64,000 nt of DNA, taken from the NCBI GenBank assembly GCA_947054505.1, contig CAMRWU010000009.1:2449-66448 (forward strand). The letters run 5' to 3'. The stretch is from an uncultured Pseudomonadota bacterium (GTDB lineage Bacteria > Pseudomonadota > Alphaproteobacteria > RF32 > CAG-239). The position numbers and the translations under genes were made by a program. Of this stretch, positions 16,132-25,721 are shown piece by piece; the stretch's first letter is position 1, and the number at the start of each line of letters is the position of its first letter. The notes beneath the pieces are model-generated. The model was not told where the DNA came from. It saw nothing but the letters and a program-made list of their open reading frames with translations, and did not search any database.

Positions 16132-18396
16132 ATGGTAGAAATGGCTGGAAGCGAAATATTTTCTCAAAACAATTCCGAAAAGAACTATGATATCAACACC
16201 ATTGTCGGCAAAATAGACAATGGTCAGGTTTTGGAAACCGCGGAATTGACATGGCTCAGCAGACAAGTTGTCAACGGTGCTATTGACTGGAGCCAAGGTA
16301 CGGAGTGGATTGAAAAAGTTTTGCCGCAACTAAAGGCCGAAATGGAAAAATCCATTGAAAAGGGTGAAGATTCAAGAACCTTGCGCGATAGTGATCGGGG
16401 CGAAATGTTTACGGTTAGTCAGGCTCAGCGTCGTGGTCGCATCAAAGGCGGTCAGTTAGGGTATCAGGAATGGAAACAGAGCAACGCCAAAGCCGCTATC
16501 AAAGAAGCTGATGCAACTCTGGCTTCTAAAAAAGCTTTGGAACATATGAAAATAAAGAGAGAATTGCCGGAGGGAACAAGTCTGGATGATTTGATTAAAA
16601 ATCAGCAAGAAGCGTCCCAAATCTCCGGTTGGCGCCATCCTCTGAAAAAGTGGCGTTCTCACCGAACATTAAAAGATTTGCAAAAATTGCAGGCAGAACC
16701 GCTGACTAATGCCGGAAAAGCGGATATTCAGAGCTTTTTGGATACGGCAACCAATGTTGATACCTGGGGACAAAGACGCGAAAAGAACAAAGAGTTGGAC
16801 AAGTTGCTTGATACACTGCCTTCTTCTGAATTAGCGGCTGATGGCGAATTGATGAAAGGCTTGGATGACCAAATTGCACGTTTGGAGCAAAGCAAAGGCT
16901 ATGATAAAAAGCAAAATAAGGAAATCGACAAAACCATCAAAAGACTGCAACGGTTCAAAGAGCGGATTGCCGCAAAAGCCAAAAAACGAGATGAAAAATT
17001 ATCCAAACGAGAAAAGACGTTAGAAGACAAACATGGTAAACATCGAACAACGGCGGAAGAAAAGTTTAAGTCCTCTGCAGAAGTAACGCAAAATCGTGAT
17101 GAGAAGTTGCAAGATACGACGTTGTTTAGTAAGACGTTGCAAAGTCTGGAGGCGCAAGGAATTAATGTTTCTGAGTTAAAAGAGCAATATCGTCAACAAG
17201 TTAAAAATCGTGGTCTGGAAGAACTGCCTCCAAGTGCATCGCCGGATGAGGCTGAAAAAGTGGTTGAAAATGAAAACTCGCAGGAAACACAGACTTCAGA
17301 ACAGACACTGCCCGCACCGGATGGTAGCCAAGTTGGGGTTGAGGACGAACGTGACAAGACAGACGGCGCAACCGTAGAGGCTCAACAAGATGGTGAGAAC
17401 TATATGCCGTTAAAGGATATTGAATACAAGCATCAGGTCGATGGTCAGGAAAAAACAGAAACCTATCAAGGGGATGCGATATCTCACTCTGCAGAAGACG
17501 ATCGATATGCGATTGATTTGGAAAAGGCCAAAGGGGAAGAACTTGATAAAGCTTGTATGGCAACCTTAGCCCACATCAAAGAGAGCGGTCAAAATTCATT
17601 CCGAATTGATGAAAACACACCGGTTGAGCTGTATGATGCTTTGGTCAAAGCCGCAGAAAACAGTGGTATGACCATTGAAAATCAAGAGCAATTAAAAGAA
17701 GCGATGGATAAAAAGCGTGAAGAAGAGCAGAGCGAGAAAAGCGATAAATCCCAAGACGGAGCTGGAAACGATAAGCCTAAGGAAAATGATGAACCGACTT
17801 TGACACCGGAGCAAAGGAATTATCTGAAGGATAATGGCTATGTTGCCGGTATGCAGGCTGAAGATATCGATAAATTGAAATGGAGTAACCTAGATAAAGC
17901 ACAGCAAGAACTGTTAACCCGTGATGGTTTAGGACAGAAAAAAGAAGGAGAGGAAACATCTCGTCCGTCGGTTCAAGAAGAACAAAAAAAGGAAGAACCT
18001 CAAACAGAACAAGAAAAATTATTGACAAAATCAGAAGCCTTAAAAGGTATTCGCGGAGCTATTGATAAGTTCGATTTGGAAAAGAACAGATATAACATTT
18101 CCAGTGAAGCTGATTTTCAGGAAAAAATAGCGGATTTAAGTCCTGCGGAACAAAGAGCGGCACAAGAAATTCGTGGTTTGCAGATTAAAGAAAATCAGGC
18201 CCGTGATAAAGCCAGGAAAGCAGGAGAACCTTTTGATAAGAAAAAAGAAGAAGAGTTTTCAAGAAATCAGGGGGGGGCTTGGGGACGAGCCTATGAGGCA
18301 ATCAAAAAAGAACGAGGCATAACGGCTCCCAAAAAAGAGGTTAAGCAAACGACCTTGGATCCCAAGATGGTAAACAGAAGTAACGAAAATGGTTAA
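16132..18396 (+). CDS. Large charged coiled-coil hypothetical protein, possible LPD7-like domain
   Basis: 754 aa, K/E/Q-rich, no signal peptide or TM; segment MATLAHIKESGQNSFRIDENTPVELYDALVKAAENSGMTIEN resembles LPD7. Confidence 0.75.
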   Translation: MVEMAGSEIFSQNNSEKNYDINTIVGKIDNGQVLETAELTWLSRQVVNGAIDWSQGTEWIEKVLPQLKAEMEKSIEKGEDSRTLRDSDRGEMFTVSQAQRRGRIKGGQLGYQEWKQSNAKAAIKEADATLASKKALEHMKIKRELPEGTSLDDLIKNQQEASQISGWRHPLKKWRSHRTLKDLQKLQAEPLTNAGKADIQSFLDTATNVDTWGQRREKNKELDKLLDTLPSSELAADGELMKGLDDQIARLEQSKGYDKKQNKEIDKTIKRLQRFKERIAAKAKKRDEKLSKREKTLEDKHGKHRTTAEEKFKSSAEVTQNRDEKLQDTTLFSKTLQSLEAQGINVSELKEQYRQQVKNRGLEELPPSASPDEAEKVVENENSQETQTSEQTLPAPDGSQVGVEDERDKTDGATVEAQQDGENYMPLKDIEYKHQVDGQEKTETYQGDAISHSAEDDRYAIDLEKAKGEELDKACMATLAHIKESGQNSFRIDENTPVELYDALVKAAENSGMTIENQEQLKEAMDKKREEEQSEKSDKSQDGAGNDKPKENDEPTLTPEQRNYLKDNGYVAGMQAEDIDKLKWSNLDKAQQELLTRDGLGQKKEGEETSRPSVQEEQKKEEPQTEQEKLLTKSEALKGIRGAIDKFDLEKNRYNISSEADFQEKIADLSPAEQRAAQEIRGLQIKENQARDKARKAGEPFDKKKEEEFSRNQGGAWGRAYEAIKKERGITAPKKEVKQTTLDPKMVNRSNENG

Positions 18397-18401
18397 ACTC
18401 C

Positions 18402-18430
18402 AAAGCCCATTCAAAAAGAATGGGCTTTTT
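18402..18430. terminator. Bidirectional intrinsic terminator
   Basis: AAAGCCCATTC-AAAAA-GAATGGGCTTTTT. Confidence 0.85.
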
Positions 18431-18443
18431 GTTTTCTATTGTT

Positions 18444-19190
18444 TCATCTGTCGGCGCGGAGCTTTTCCCTGAAATCGTTTCCCCTTTTCTTTTGAAAACG
18501 AGCTTTTTCGGGTTCTTTTTTCTTTCGATGGCCTAAGCCTTTTTTGATGGCGCTGACTTTTTCGGCCAAAATTTCTTCAGCTCTCAATACTTCAGCAAAT
18601 TTGGATTTGCGGGGTTTGGTCTTATTTTCCTTTGTTTTATCGACCGAAAAGCCAAATGCGCCTAAATCTCTGCCCAAAGTGTAATAACGCCCGTGAGCAT
18701 AGGCAAGAAGCCCCGCCTTTTCCAAAGCAAACCGACCGTCTTTCTCCAAATATTTGTCATCAATATTTACATTGACGATTTCTGCCAAAAACATATCATG
18801 CGTGCCGAAAGATTGAACGGATTTAACCGCACATTCCAAAGAAATCGGCGCTTTACTCAGCATTGGAGCTTTCACTTTTTGACAGGCTTCGAGCTCAAGC
18901 TTCATGTCTTTGATTTTATCTGTTTTGCGTCCGGATGTCACGCCGCAATAATCGCAGGCTTTAGCCAGCTCCAGCGTAGAAACGTTAATCACAAATTCTC
19001 CGCTGTTTTTGATGATGTCGTGGGAATAGCGGCTCGGCCGAACCGAAATATACGTCATCGGTGGTTCGGTGTTGACAATGCCTGTCCAAGCAACGGTCAA
19101 TACATTGGGTTTTTCCATTGTGCCGCAGGTTACCATAACCGGCGGTACCGGAGAGAGCATCGTCCCGGGTTTCCACGAAATCTTTGTCAT
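18444..19190 (-). CDS. Flavin reductase family protein with basic C-terminal extension
   Basis: WKPGTMLSPVPPVMVTCG, NVLTVAWTG, ISVRPSRYSH, DYCGVTSGR, GTHDMFLAEI. Confidence 0.88.
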   Translation of the reverse strand: MTKISWKPGTMLSPVPPVMVTCGTMEKPNVLTVAWTGIVNTEPPMTYISVRPSRYSHDIIKNSGEFVINVSTLELAKACDYCGVTSGRKTDKIKDMKLELEACQKVKAPMLSKAPISLECAVKSVQSFGTHDMFLAEIVNVNIDDKYLEKDGRFALEKAGLLAYAHGRYYTLGRDLGAFGFSVDKTKENKTKPRKSKFAEVLRAEEILAEKVSAIKKGLGHRKKKEPEKARFQKKRGNDFREKLRADR

Positions 19191-19810
19191 TTTTCAGTCC
19201 TTTCAAACGGCCACTCAATCATCGGGTGGTCGGCGTCTTTTCCATTCGGCAAATTATAATGCCACCATTCATGTATCAGAGGCTGAAATCCGGCCTCGGT
19301 CATTAAATCACATAAAAATTTACGGTTTTGCAAAGCTTGTTTGCTTGCCTCGGCAAAGTCGTGTCGTGCTTTTTGCAAATGTTTGAAAAATGCCTCGTAA
19401 TTTCCCCGCTGAACTTCTTGGGCAAATTCTTTGGTGTAGCCGTCTACAGCCGTAGGATATTCCAATTCTTGTCCGTTGCCATCCGTCAGCACAACGTCAA
19501 TAGCCGTTCCGTGGCAGTGCTGGGACAACTCCGGAGAGCGGGCAAAAAAGCCTTCTTGCGGAATAATGTCTAACAATTTGCGATGAGCCAATGGCGGGCG
19601 ATAAGCGTCACAGATTTTCATTTTAAGATGATGCTGTCGCAGAATGGGAATAACTTTTTGCAAACACTCCCATGCATTTTTGTGAAGCAAGGCGCGGTTG
19701 CCAAAACCGATATCCTGATACACGGCGCATCCGCTCATGTTATCCGGTCGTGCATACATCACATCAATAATAAAATCGTCGCCTTTTATTTCAATCAGGT
19801 TATTTTCCAC
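19187..19810 (-). CDS. ddpX: M15D D-alanyl-D-alanine dipeptidase (VanX/DdpX family)
   Basis: DAYRP, SQHCHGTAIDV (SxHxxGxAxD) and EWWHY zinc motifs. Confidence 0.85.
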   Translation of the reverse strand: MENNLIEIKGDDFIIDVMYARPDNMSGCAVYQDIGFGNRALLHKNAWECLQKVIPILRQHHLKMKICDAYRPPLAHRKLLDIIPQEGFFARSPELSQHCHGTAIDVVLTDGNGQELEYPTAVDGYTKEFAQEVQRGNYEAFFKHLQKARHDFAEASKQALQNRKFLCDLMTEAGFQPLIHEWWHYNLPNGKDADHPMIEWPFERTEK

Positions 19811-20681
19811 GAGAAGCTTCCTTAATAAATGCCTGAAAGATTTTTAACGAAGCTTCATCGCCAAGTTTTGCCAACCGTTCCGGATGCCATTGCACTCCCA
19901 AGACAAATTTATTCCATGGCTTTTTGGGTTCAATGGCTTCGACCACGCCATCGGGTGCCAGTCCGGTAATATAACACACACCGGGGACATTGGAGCAGAC
20001 GGCTTCATTATGGGCGGTATTGACCATAATTTCTGTCTGACCGATGATGCTGTGAAGCAAACTTCCGGCAACGATTTTAACGCTGTGCGCCAAAACATAG
20101 CCGCCTTGCTTATGGCTTTTTTCCGGAGAAACAGCATTGTTAATGCTGTGGCGCAACATTCCATCGCAAAAACCGGATATCACTTGGTGCCCGCCACAAA
20201 TGCCAAGCGTCGGCAATTTATGTTCCTTGGCATAAACAATCATATCAAGATAAGCTTGTCCCCTGCGGTCGATATCTTCAGCCGGCGGAATAGCGTACCA
20301 TTGTTTGGGAACATTGAAGTAGCCACCGATGAGTAAAATGCCGTCGGGGTTAATCGCTTCCAATTGTTCCTGCACTTTGTCGTAGGCAATAAAAACGGGA
20401 TAACCGCCTGCGTTTATAACAGCTGACACATAATCAGGATGAATACTGTAGTCTTTTTCTTTGCGTTCGCGAGATTTTTCCTGCGCCAAAATGACGGCAA
20501 TCAACGGTTTGCCATCAGGATTTTTTTCCTGTAACGTAATGAACGGCAATTTCCCATCTTGATAAATTGCGGCAACCTCGTCATGTGTCAAATAATAGCT
20601 TTCAAAGTCATCATCCGGATAGGTGATGGTTTTGAGCGAAATTGAAAAAAGTTTATCTGTAGAGTTTGGGGAGGAGTTCAT
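19800..20681 (-). CDS. Peptidase C26 / gamma-glutamyl-gamma-aminobutyrate hydrolase family glutamine amidotransferase
   Basis: DGILLIGG, LGICGGHQ (catalytic Cys), VNTAHNEAV, APDGVVEAIE, GVQWHPE; start placed at ATG 20681 (uncertain). Confidence 0.85.
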   Translation of the reverse strand: MNSSPNSTDKLFSISLKTITYPDDDFESYYLTHDEVAAIYQDGKLPFITLQEKNPDGKPLIAVILAQEKSRERKEKDYSIHPDYVSAVINAGGYPVFIAYDKVQEQLEAINPDGILLIGGYFNVPKQWYAIPPAEDIDRRGQAYLDMIVYAKEHKLPTLGICGGHQVISGFCDGMLRHSINNAVSPEKSHKQGGYVLAHSVKIVAGSLLHSIIGQTEIMVNTAHNEAVCSNVPGVCYITGLAPDGVVEAIEPKKPWNKFVLGVQWHPERLAKLGDEASLKIFQAFIKEASRGK

Positions 20682-22377
20682 TCGATTTTCCTTTAGTTTT
20701 TTTCGCACGACAGACTTTTTCAAAGACTTTGATAAAGAGAGTGGCGTTCCAATCCTGTTGTGTATTAGCATACAGCGATTCGCTCAGTTTTTCAAGTTCA
20801 CAACCAAATTCCGGCACTGTGTTCAAGTCTTCAACATCTTTCAAGCTTGTTATATCCGGTTGTCCGTAAAAATCAGCCGCCCATCCCAACAAGCCGTCAC
20901 GTACGGCGCGCAGGTCTTTTTCTTTGGCTTTTTCAATGACGTACTTTTTATAATTATGGATTGTTGCGGTGTTTTTGCGCTTAAATAACTTCATCAGCAA
21001 CCAGCTGACCAGAATGCCCAAAATAAATGCACTGCCGGCATATAAAAAGATTTTTTCTTGTGAAATTTGCTCAACGATTTGCGGCTGAGAAGCCGGAACA
21101 GAGGTCGCATTTGGGGTGCTGGGAAGAGGCGCGTTTTGAACCGGAGCGCTTTCCGCATTCGGCAAAACATCAATTGTTACCGCCGGCAAGATGGCTTTTT
21201 CCATCTTATGCGTGTTGACGTTAAACCAATCTATGGTAATTGCGGGCAAGTGTCGTTTACCGGCTTCGGTAGGAATGTAGACATTGGCAATTTTTTCCAG
21301 AGAAACAACTTTTCCGCCTTCGACTTTCATCAATGTTTCCGGTTTTTCGGGGTATTGTTTCAGGCCATTGCTGTCCGCAAAGCGAATTTCCGGAAGTTGA
21401 GTCTCGGCAACTCCCGTGGCCTTGAGATAAATGGTCCGATTGACCGCTTCTCCAACCTTAAACTGTGGTTGAGCCGGATTAAATTCTGCCGCCAAACTGA
21501 CATCTGTTGCCGGCAACCACCATTTGCCGTTATTTTCCGGAGCCGCCGGTTTAACACTGACTAAAATTGGTTCTGTGGTTAAAACAACGGGGTTGCGGGT
21601 TGCAAAAACATCTGTCATGCCAAAACCGGCAATAAACAAATCATCATTGAACATGCTGTCAAACGGATTGCTTCGTCTTTCTTTGGTCAGATAAAAGCCG
21701 TTAAATTTGGCCGCCGGAATTTCCAAAGTGCCGCTTTTTTGCGGAAACAGGGCGTAATAGAATTTAATTTCTCTGATATTGCGTCCGTTAATGACTTTTG
21801 TCGTAATTTGAGGATCGCTTAAACTTTTGATAATCCAGTCATCATTGACATTACCGACAAAAACAGGTTCTTCACCTTGCAAACCACCGGTGTCATAAAT
21901 TGTCAGGACATAATTGATTTGTTGTTGAACATATGGTGTTTTATTATCAACGGTCGCTTCAATTTTGAAGCGGGGTTGATTGGGGTTTTGAGCATCAGGT
22001 GCGTTAATGTTGCTACCGGCCGCAAAAACTTTAATTTGAAGAGGATTGCTCTGATATTTTCCGACCTTAATCGGCGGAATGATCAGGTCACCGCTTTTGT
22101 TTGGTATCAAAACCAGATTCCATTGATAAGCCTTGCTCATCACTCCATTGATGATATTTGTGCGATAAGCGTTTGAAACCGAATAAATGGTAAAATCTTT
22201 TTCCAGCACCGACAAATCGGGCGTTTCCGATGTGTCCGTATCGTCAAGTTCCAACGACAGCATAAAAGTTTCACCTTCCGGCAGTTGCGGGCGATTGACT
22301 TTGGCGCGCAAAGCCTGAGCGCTGGCGCTGTCACACAAAAAAACAATCAAAAACAGTGCTAAAAATATCTTTTTCAT
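20653..22377 (-). CDS. batD: BatD family protein
   Basis: Signal peptide; PDLSVLEKDF, PYVQQQINY, YALFPQKSGTLEIP, WLPATDVSL, VGEAVNRTI; C-terminal TM and LPKLY end. Confidence 0.88.
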   Translation of the reverse strand: MKKIFLALFLIVFLCDSASAQALRAKVNRPQLPEGETFMLSLELDDTDTSETPDLSVLEKDFTIYSVSNAYRTNIINGVMSKAYQWNLVLIPNKSGDLIIPPIKVGKYQSNPLQIKVFAAGSNINAPDAQNPNQPRFKIEATVDNKTPYVQQQINYVLTIYDTGGLQGEEPVFVGNVNDDWIIKSLSDPQITTKVINGRNIREIKFYYALFPQKSGTLEIPAAKFNGFYLTKERRSNPFDSMFNDDLFIAGFGMTDVFATRNPVVLTTEPILVSVKPAAPENNGKWWLPATDVSLAAEFNPAQPQFKVGEAVNRTIYLKATGVAETQLPEIRFADSNGLKQYPEKPETLMKVEGGKVVSLEKIANVYIPTEAGKRHLPAITIDWFNVNTHKMEKAILPAVTIDVLPNAESAPVQNAPLPSTPNATSVPASQPQIVEQISQEKIFLYAGSAFILGILVSWLLMKLFKRKNTATIHNYKKYVIEKAKEKDLRAVRDGLLGWAADFYGQPDITSLKDVEDLNTVPEFGCELEKLSESLYANTQQDWNATLFIKVFEKVCRAKKTKGKSNELLPKLYR

Positions 22378-22389
22378 TTTTTTCGCTTT

Positions 22390-24174
22390 CTATTTTTCAT
22401 TATAACGGTTACGGCTGTATTCTTTGTAGATAAAGGCCTTTAAAAGTCCCCCCGGATCTTCTGGGATTTCACGATATTGTTGGGCACGAGCCTGTCCTTT
22501 TTCATCAAATTTTTCATCATCGGAATCTCCGTTTTGACCGCCGTTTTCTGTCTGGTCTTGCGGTTGTTCATCGTCTTTTTCTTCTCCACCGGCCGGTTGT
22601 TCTTGCATACCGCCTTGCGAACCGTTTTGTTGCTCATCATCGCCGGATTGAGGTTGTTGTCCGCCGGATTGTCCCCCATTGCCTTGGTTATTATCTTGCG
22701 GCTGATTATCAGACTGATTGTTTTGCTCGTCATCGTTGCCGGCTTGGTTTTGATCCTGCTCATCATTGCCGGACGAATTTTGGTTGTTGTCTTCGTTGTT
22801 ACCCTGATTATCACCTTCATTATTGCCGGAAGAATCTTGCTTCTCGTCATTATTGGCGTTTTCGTTATTGTTATTTTGCTGTTGTTGGTTTTGTTGTTGC
22901 TGATTTTGTTGCCGCTTCAGATATTCAAGGTTAAACTTGGCATCTTCATGATTGGCATCTTGCTCCAGAACTTCTTCATATTTTTTGATAGCTTCTTCAA
23001 TTTTTCCCGCCTTAGCCAAAGCATTTCCCTGATTGTAAAGAGATGTTATATCGTTTCCCTTGGCAAAATCGCGATAGGCTTGTTCATAATCACCCATGCG
23101 GTAACGGGCGGCCGCTATCCAGCGACTGTCTTCAAAATGTTCGGAGGCTCTCTGAAAATCTTGCTTGTTAAACGCTTCCAAGCCGTCTTGATTGGCATTT
23201 TTGAAAAAGCTGGCCTGTGCCGGATAAGCGCTTAAAAGAAAGGCCACAACCAAAATCCCTTTCCGGAAGAAGTACAAACAGCAGAACAAGGGGAGGGCTA
23301 AAAGATAATAGCCGTAATCCAACCAAACCGACTGCCAATTTTTACTTTCTTGCAAAAGAGTGTCTTTGGCATTGAGTTCTTGAGCCAAGGTCTGCAGTTC
23401 CTCGTCACTAGTTTGCAAGTTTTGATAAAGCCCGCCGCCGGCTTCGGCAATCAACTTCAGCTTCTCGACCGGATCTTTGTTTACGGCAATGACATTAATT
23501 TTAAATTTCTGCGCTTTTGCTTTTTTGGCCGCTTCCAACGCCAAATCAAATTTTTGGCCGCTGTCCGGTGCAAACAAGACAATTTCCCCTTGCTGATAAC
23601 CGGCGGCTTGTACTTTTTCAACCGCCAGAGTGATGGCGCGGTCGAGACGGTCACCGTTTGTCGGCATAATATCAAAATTGATCGCAGGCAACAGGTTGGC
23701 AATAATCTGCGTATCATCGGTTAAAGGTGAAATTAGGAACGGTTCGCCGCTATAAACAATCAAACCTGTTTGCGTCCCTTTAAGCAGAGGTAAAAAGTCT
23801 TTGATTTTAAATTTTGCCCGTTCCAACCGCGATGGCGAGAGATCGTTTTTCTTCATTTCTGAAGAGAGATTTAGAGCGATAACAACCGGATTCTCAGGAG
23901 CCAAACTCGGGATTTCAATTTTATTCCAGCTGGGACCCGCCGCGGCAATAATGGCTGCAAGAATACCCAATAATCCCAATCGTGCCATAATTTTTCTTTG
24001 GGTGGAAGAACCTTTGATTAAAAGGTATGGTAAAAGTTTTTTATCGCATACTTTTTCCCACGACGATTGGTTGTTGCGTCCGTGAAAATAACGAGAATAG
24101 AAAAAAACGGGCAGAATAAGCAACAGCAATATCCACGGGCGCAAAAAATGAAAATTTGTCATCCAGTTTTCCAT
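22390..24174 (-). CDS. VWA + TPR protein (BatB/BatC-type fusion) with Q/N/D-rich linker
   Basis: FHFLRPW start; degenerate MIDAS (NLSSEM), PSRLERAK, SPLTDD; TPR YNQGNALAK; low-complexity tract; IPEDPGGLLK end. Confidence 0.88.
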   Translation of the reverse strand: MENWMTNFHFLRPWILLLLILPVFFYSRYFHGRNNQSSWEKVCDKKLLPYLLIKGSSTQRKIMARLGLLGILAAIIAAAGPSWNKIEIPSLAPENPVVIALNLSSEMKKNDLSPSRLERAKFKIKDFLPLLKGTQTGLIVYSGEPFLISPLTDDTQIIANLLPAINFDIMPTNGDRLDRAITLAVEKVQAAGYQQGEIVLFAPDSGQKFDLALEAAKKAKAQKFKINVIAVNKDPVEKLKLIAEAGGGLYQNLQTSDEELQTLAQELNAKDTLLQESKNWQSVWLDYGYYLLALPLFCCLYFFRKGILVVAFLLSAYPAQASFFKNANQDGLEAFNKQDFQRASEHFEDSRWIAAARYRMGDYEQAYRDFAKGNDITSLYNQGNALAKAGKIEEAIKKYEEVLEQDANHEDAKFNLEYLKRQQNQQQQNQQQQNNNNENANNDEKQDSSGNNEGDNQGNNEDNNQNSSGNDEQDQNQAGNDDEQNNQSDNQPQDNNQGNGGQSGGQQPQSGDDEQQNGSQGGMQEQPAGGEEKDDEQPQDQTENGGQNGDSDDEKFDEKGQARAQQYREIPEDPGGLLKAFIYKEYSRNRYNEK

Positions 24175-25184
24175 CAGTTGATTCTCCTTAACGCCAGAGA
24201 TAGGGCAAAACTTAAGGCAATTGCCGCCAACAGGGGGATATAATAAAGTTCGGTTGTTTGACGGATATAGCGTTCATCATGACTGTTGGGTTCCAGCTGG
24301 TCTATTGTGTTATAAACGCGCAACAATGCTTCGGTATCATCCGCCTTAAAATATGTTCCTTGGGTGGCTTGAGCCAATTCTTTCAACCCTTTTTCATCAA
24401 GTGTTTGATTGGGAATACCAAGCGGCACCCCCATAAAAGAACCAAAAAATCCCTGTGGACTGCCAACGCCGATAGTATAGGTTTTAATCTTTTCGTCACG
24501 AGCAAGTTTTATCGCCTGAGCCAAAGAAAGACTACCATCGTTGTTTTCGCCGTCTGTCAGCAAAATGATGATTTTGCTGTCAGGATTCTCTGCGCTTTTT
24601 AAGGTTTTCAGAGCAAGTCCCAAGGCATCGCCGATAGCGGTTGAGTTACCAGCCATTCCGGCATCCATTGACCATAAGATATCGGTAACGGATTTTTGAT
24701 CAAAAGTCAGCGGAGATTGCAAGTATGAGCGTGTTCCGAAGAGGATAAGACCGATGCGGTCTTCATTGCGTTTTTTTATAAAGTCGGAAGCCACTAACTT
24801 GACGGCAGTCATCCTGTCGATTCTTTTGCCGTTGAGGTTAAAGTCCCTTTCCAACATGGAGGTTGAAATGTCCATCACCAATAGAATATCTCGGCTTTCA
24901 TTGCGCAAGCGTATCGGTTCACCGACCAATTGTGGTCGAGCCAATGCAAAAACCAAGAGAGCCCAGACGACATACAGCAACCAAAAAAAACGGGAATATC
25001 CGCCATCGTCAGCACTGCCCATACGCCAAAGACTGCCTGATTTTATTGATATCTTCTCCAAATCGTCCAAAAACGGAATACGCAGGGCATCGCCGTGCAA
25101 CCCCTTAACCGCAGGAACAATATAGCGGAAAATGAATGGCAATAACAGAAGAGAAAAAGCATGCGGAAAGGCAAAATGGGTCAT
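24174..25184 (-). CDS. batA: VWA domain protein BatA
   Basis: ALARPQ, DISTSM MIDAS, DRIGLILFG, PLTFD, TAIGDALG, LLTDGENN; ATGA overlap with the upstream gene places the start at 25184. Confidence 0.9.
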   Translation of the reverse strand: MTHFAFPHAFSLLLLPFIFRYIVPAVKGLHGDALRIPFLDDLEKISIKSGSLWRMGSADDGGYSRFFWLLYVVWALLVFALARPQLVGEPIRLRNESRDILLVMDISTSMLERDFNLNGKRIDRMTAVKLVASDFIKKRNEDRIGLILFGTRSYLQSPLTFDQKSVTDILWSMDAGMAGNSTAIGDALGLALKTLKSAENPDSKIIILLTDGENNDGSLSLAQAIKLARDEKIKTYTIGVGSPQGFFGSFMGVPLGIPNQTLDEKGLKELAQATQGTYFKADDTEALLRVYNTIDQLEPNSHDERYIRQTTELYYIPLLAAIALSFALSLALRRIN

Positions 25185-25636
25185 AAATTTTCTCCTATCC
25201 ATGCCTGACAAAACAGTCGCAGATTAACCACATCTGCTGAGTGATACCCTTTAGCGTTGGGCTGAATATAGGGAGCATCCAATAACAGTTGCGCCGCTTT
25301 TCCTTCCAGTTTTTGTTTGCAATGACTGTTCAAAAAGTCGAGCCATTCCCGTCCGGCATAAACCGTAGCTTCTTTATATTTGTAAACGCAAATACGTCGC
25401 AAAATTGCCGACATTTCAACGGCAGACTGAATGGAATTATTGCAGTGAATTCCTTTAAGCAAGTGCAGAGCGTACAGCTTTTTGGACTTGCGCCTGAGAA
25501 ATGAGAGGAGATGAATAAGCAAAATCGAGGCGATGATGCCACCCAAAATCACCCACCAACCATAGGCTGGCGGCCACGAGGACACCCCGTCCGGCAAATG
25601 AATATCTCTTAACTCTGGTAAATTATTGTCATTCAT
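25181..25636 (-). CDS. DUF4381 family protein
   Basis: LRDIHLPDGVSSWPPAYGWW signature, TM helix, LRR...GREWLDFL. Confidence 0.88.
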   Translation of the reverse strand: MNDNNLPELRDIHLPDGVSSWPPAYGWWVILGGIIASILLIHLLSFLRRKSKKLYALHLLKGIHCNNSIQSAVEMSAILRRICVYKYKEATVYAGREWLDFLNSHCKQKLEGKAAQLLLDAPYIQPNAKGYHSADVVNLRLFCQAWIGENL

Positions 25637-25721
25637 CGGCTTTGCTTCTGTTTCTTAAATTTCTTATTATAAATTTAAGATATAGCAGAGCAAATATCAA
25701 GACTTGATTAATATTAGAAAT

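Noticed and set aside
19187-19810. vanX as evidence of a vancomycin resistance cluster
   Set aside because: No vanH/vanA/vanRS nearby and the host is Gram-negative; better read as a DdpX-type housekeeping dipeptidase.
22500-22915. CAA/AAT-rich low-complexity tract resembling a tandem repeat array
   Set aside because: Coding linker typical of BatB/BatC-type proteins; there is no constant repeat-spacer structure, so it is not CRISPR.
22477-23235. Very hydrophobic 252-aa plus-strand ORF
   Set aside because: It is the reverse complement of the Q/N/D-rich linker of the VWA-TPR gene; the hydrophobicity is an artefact.
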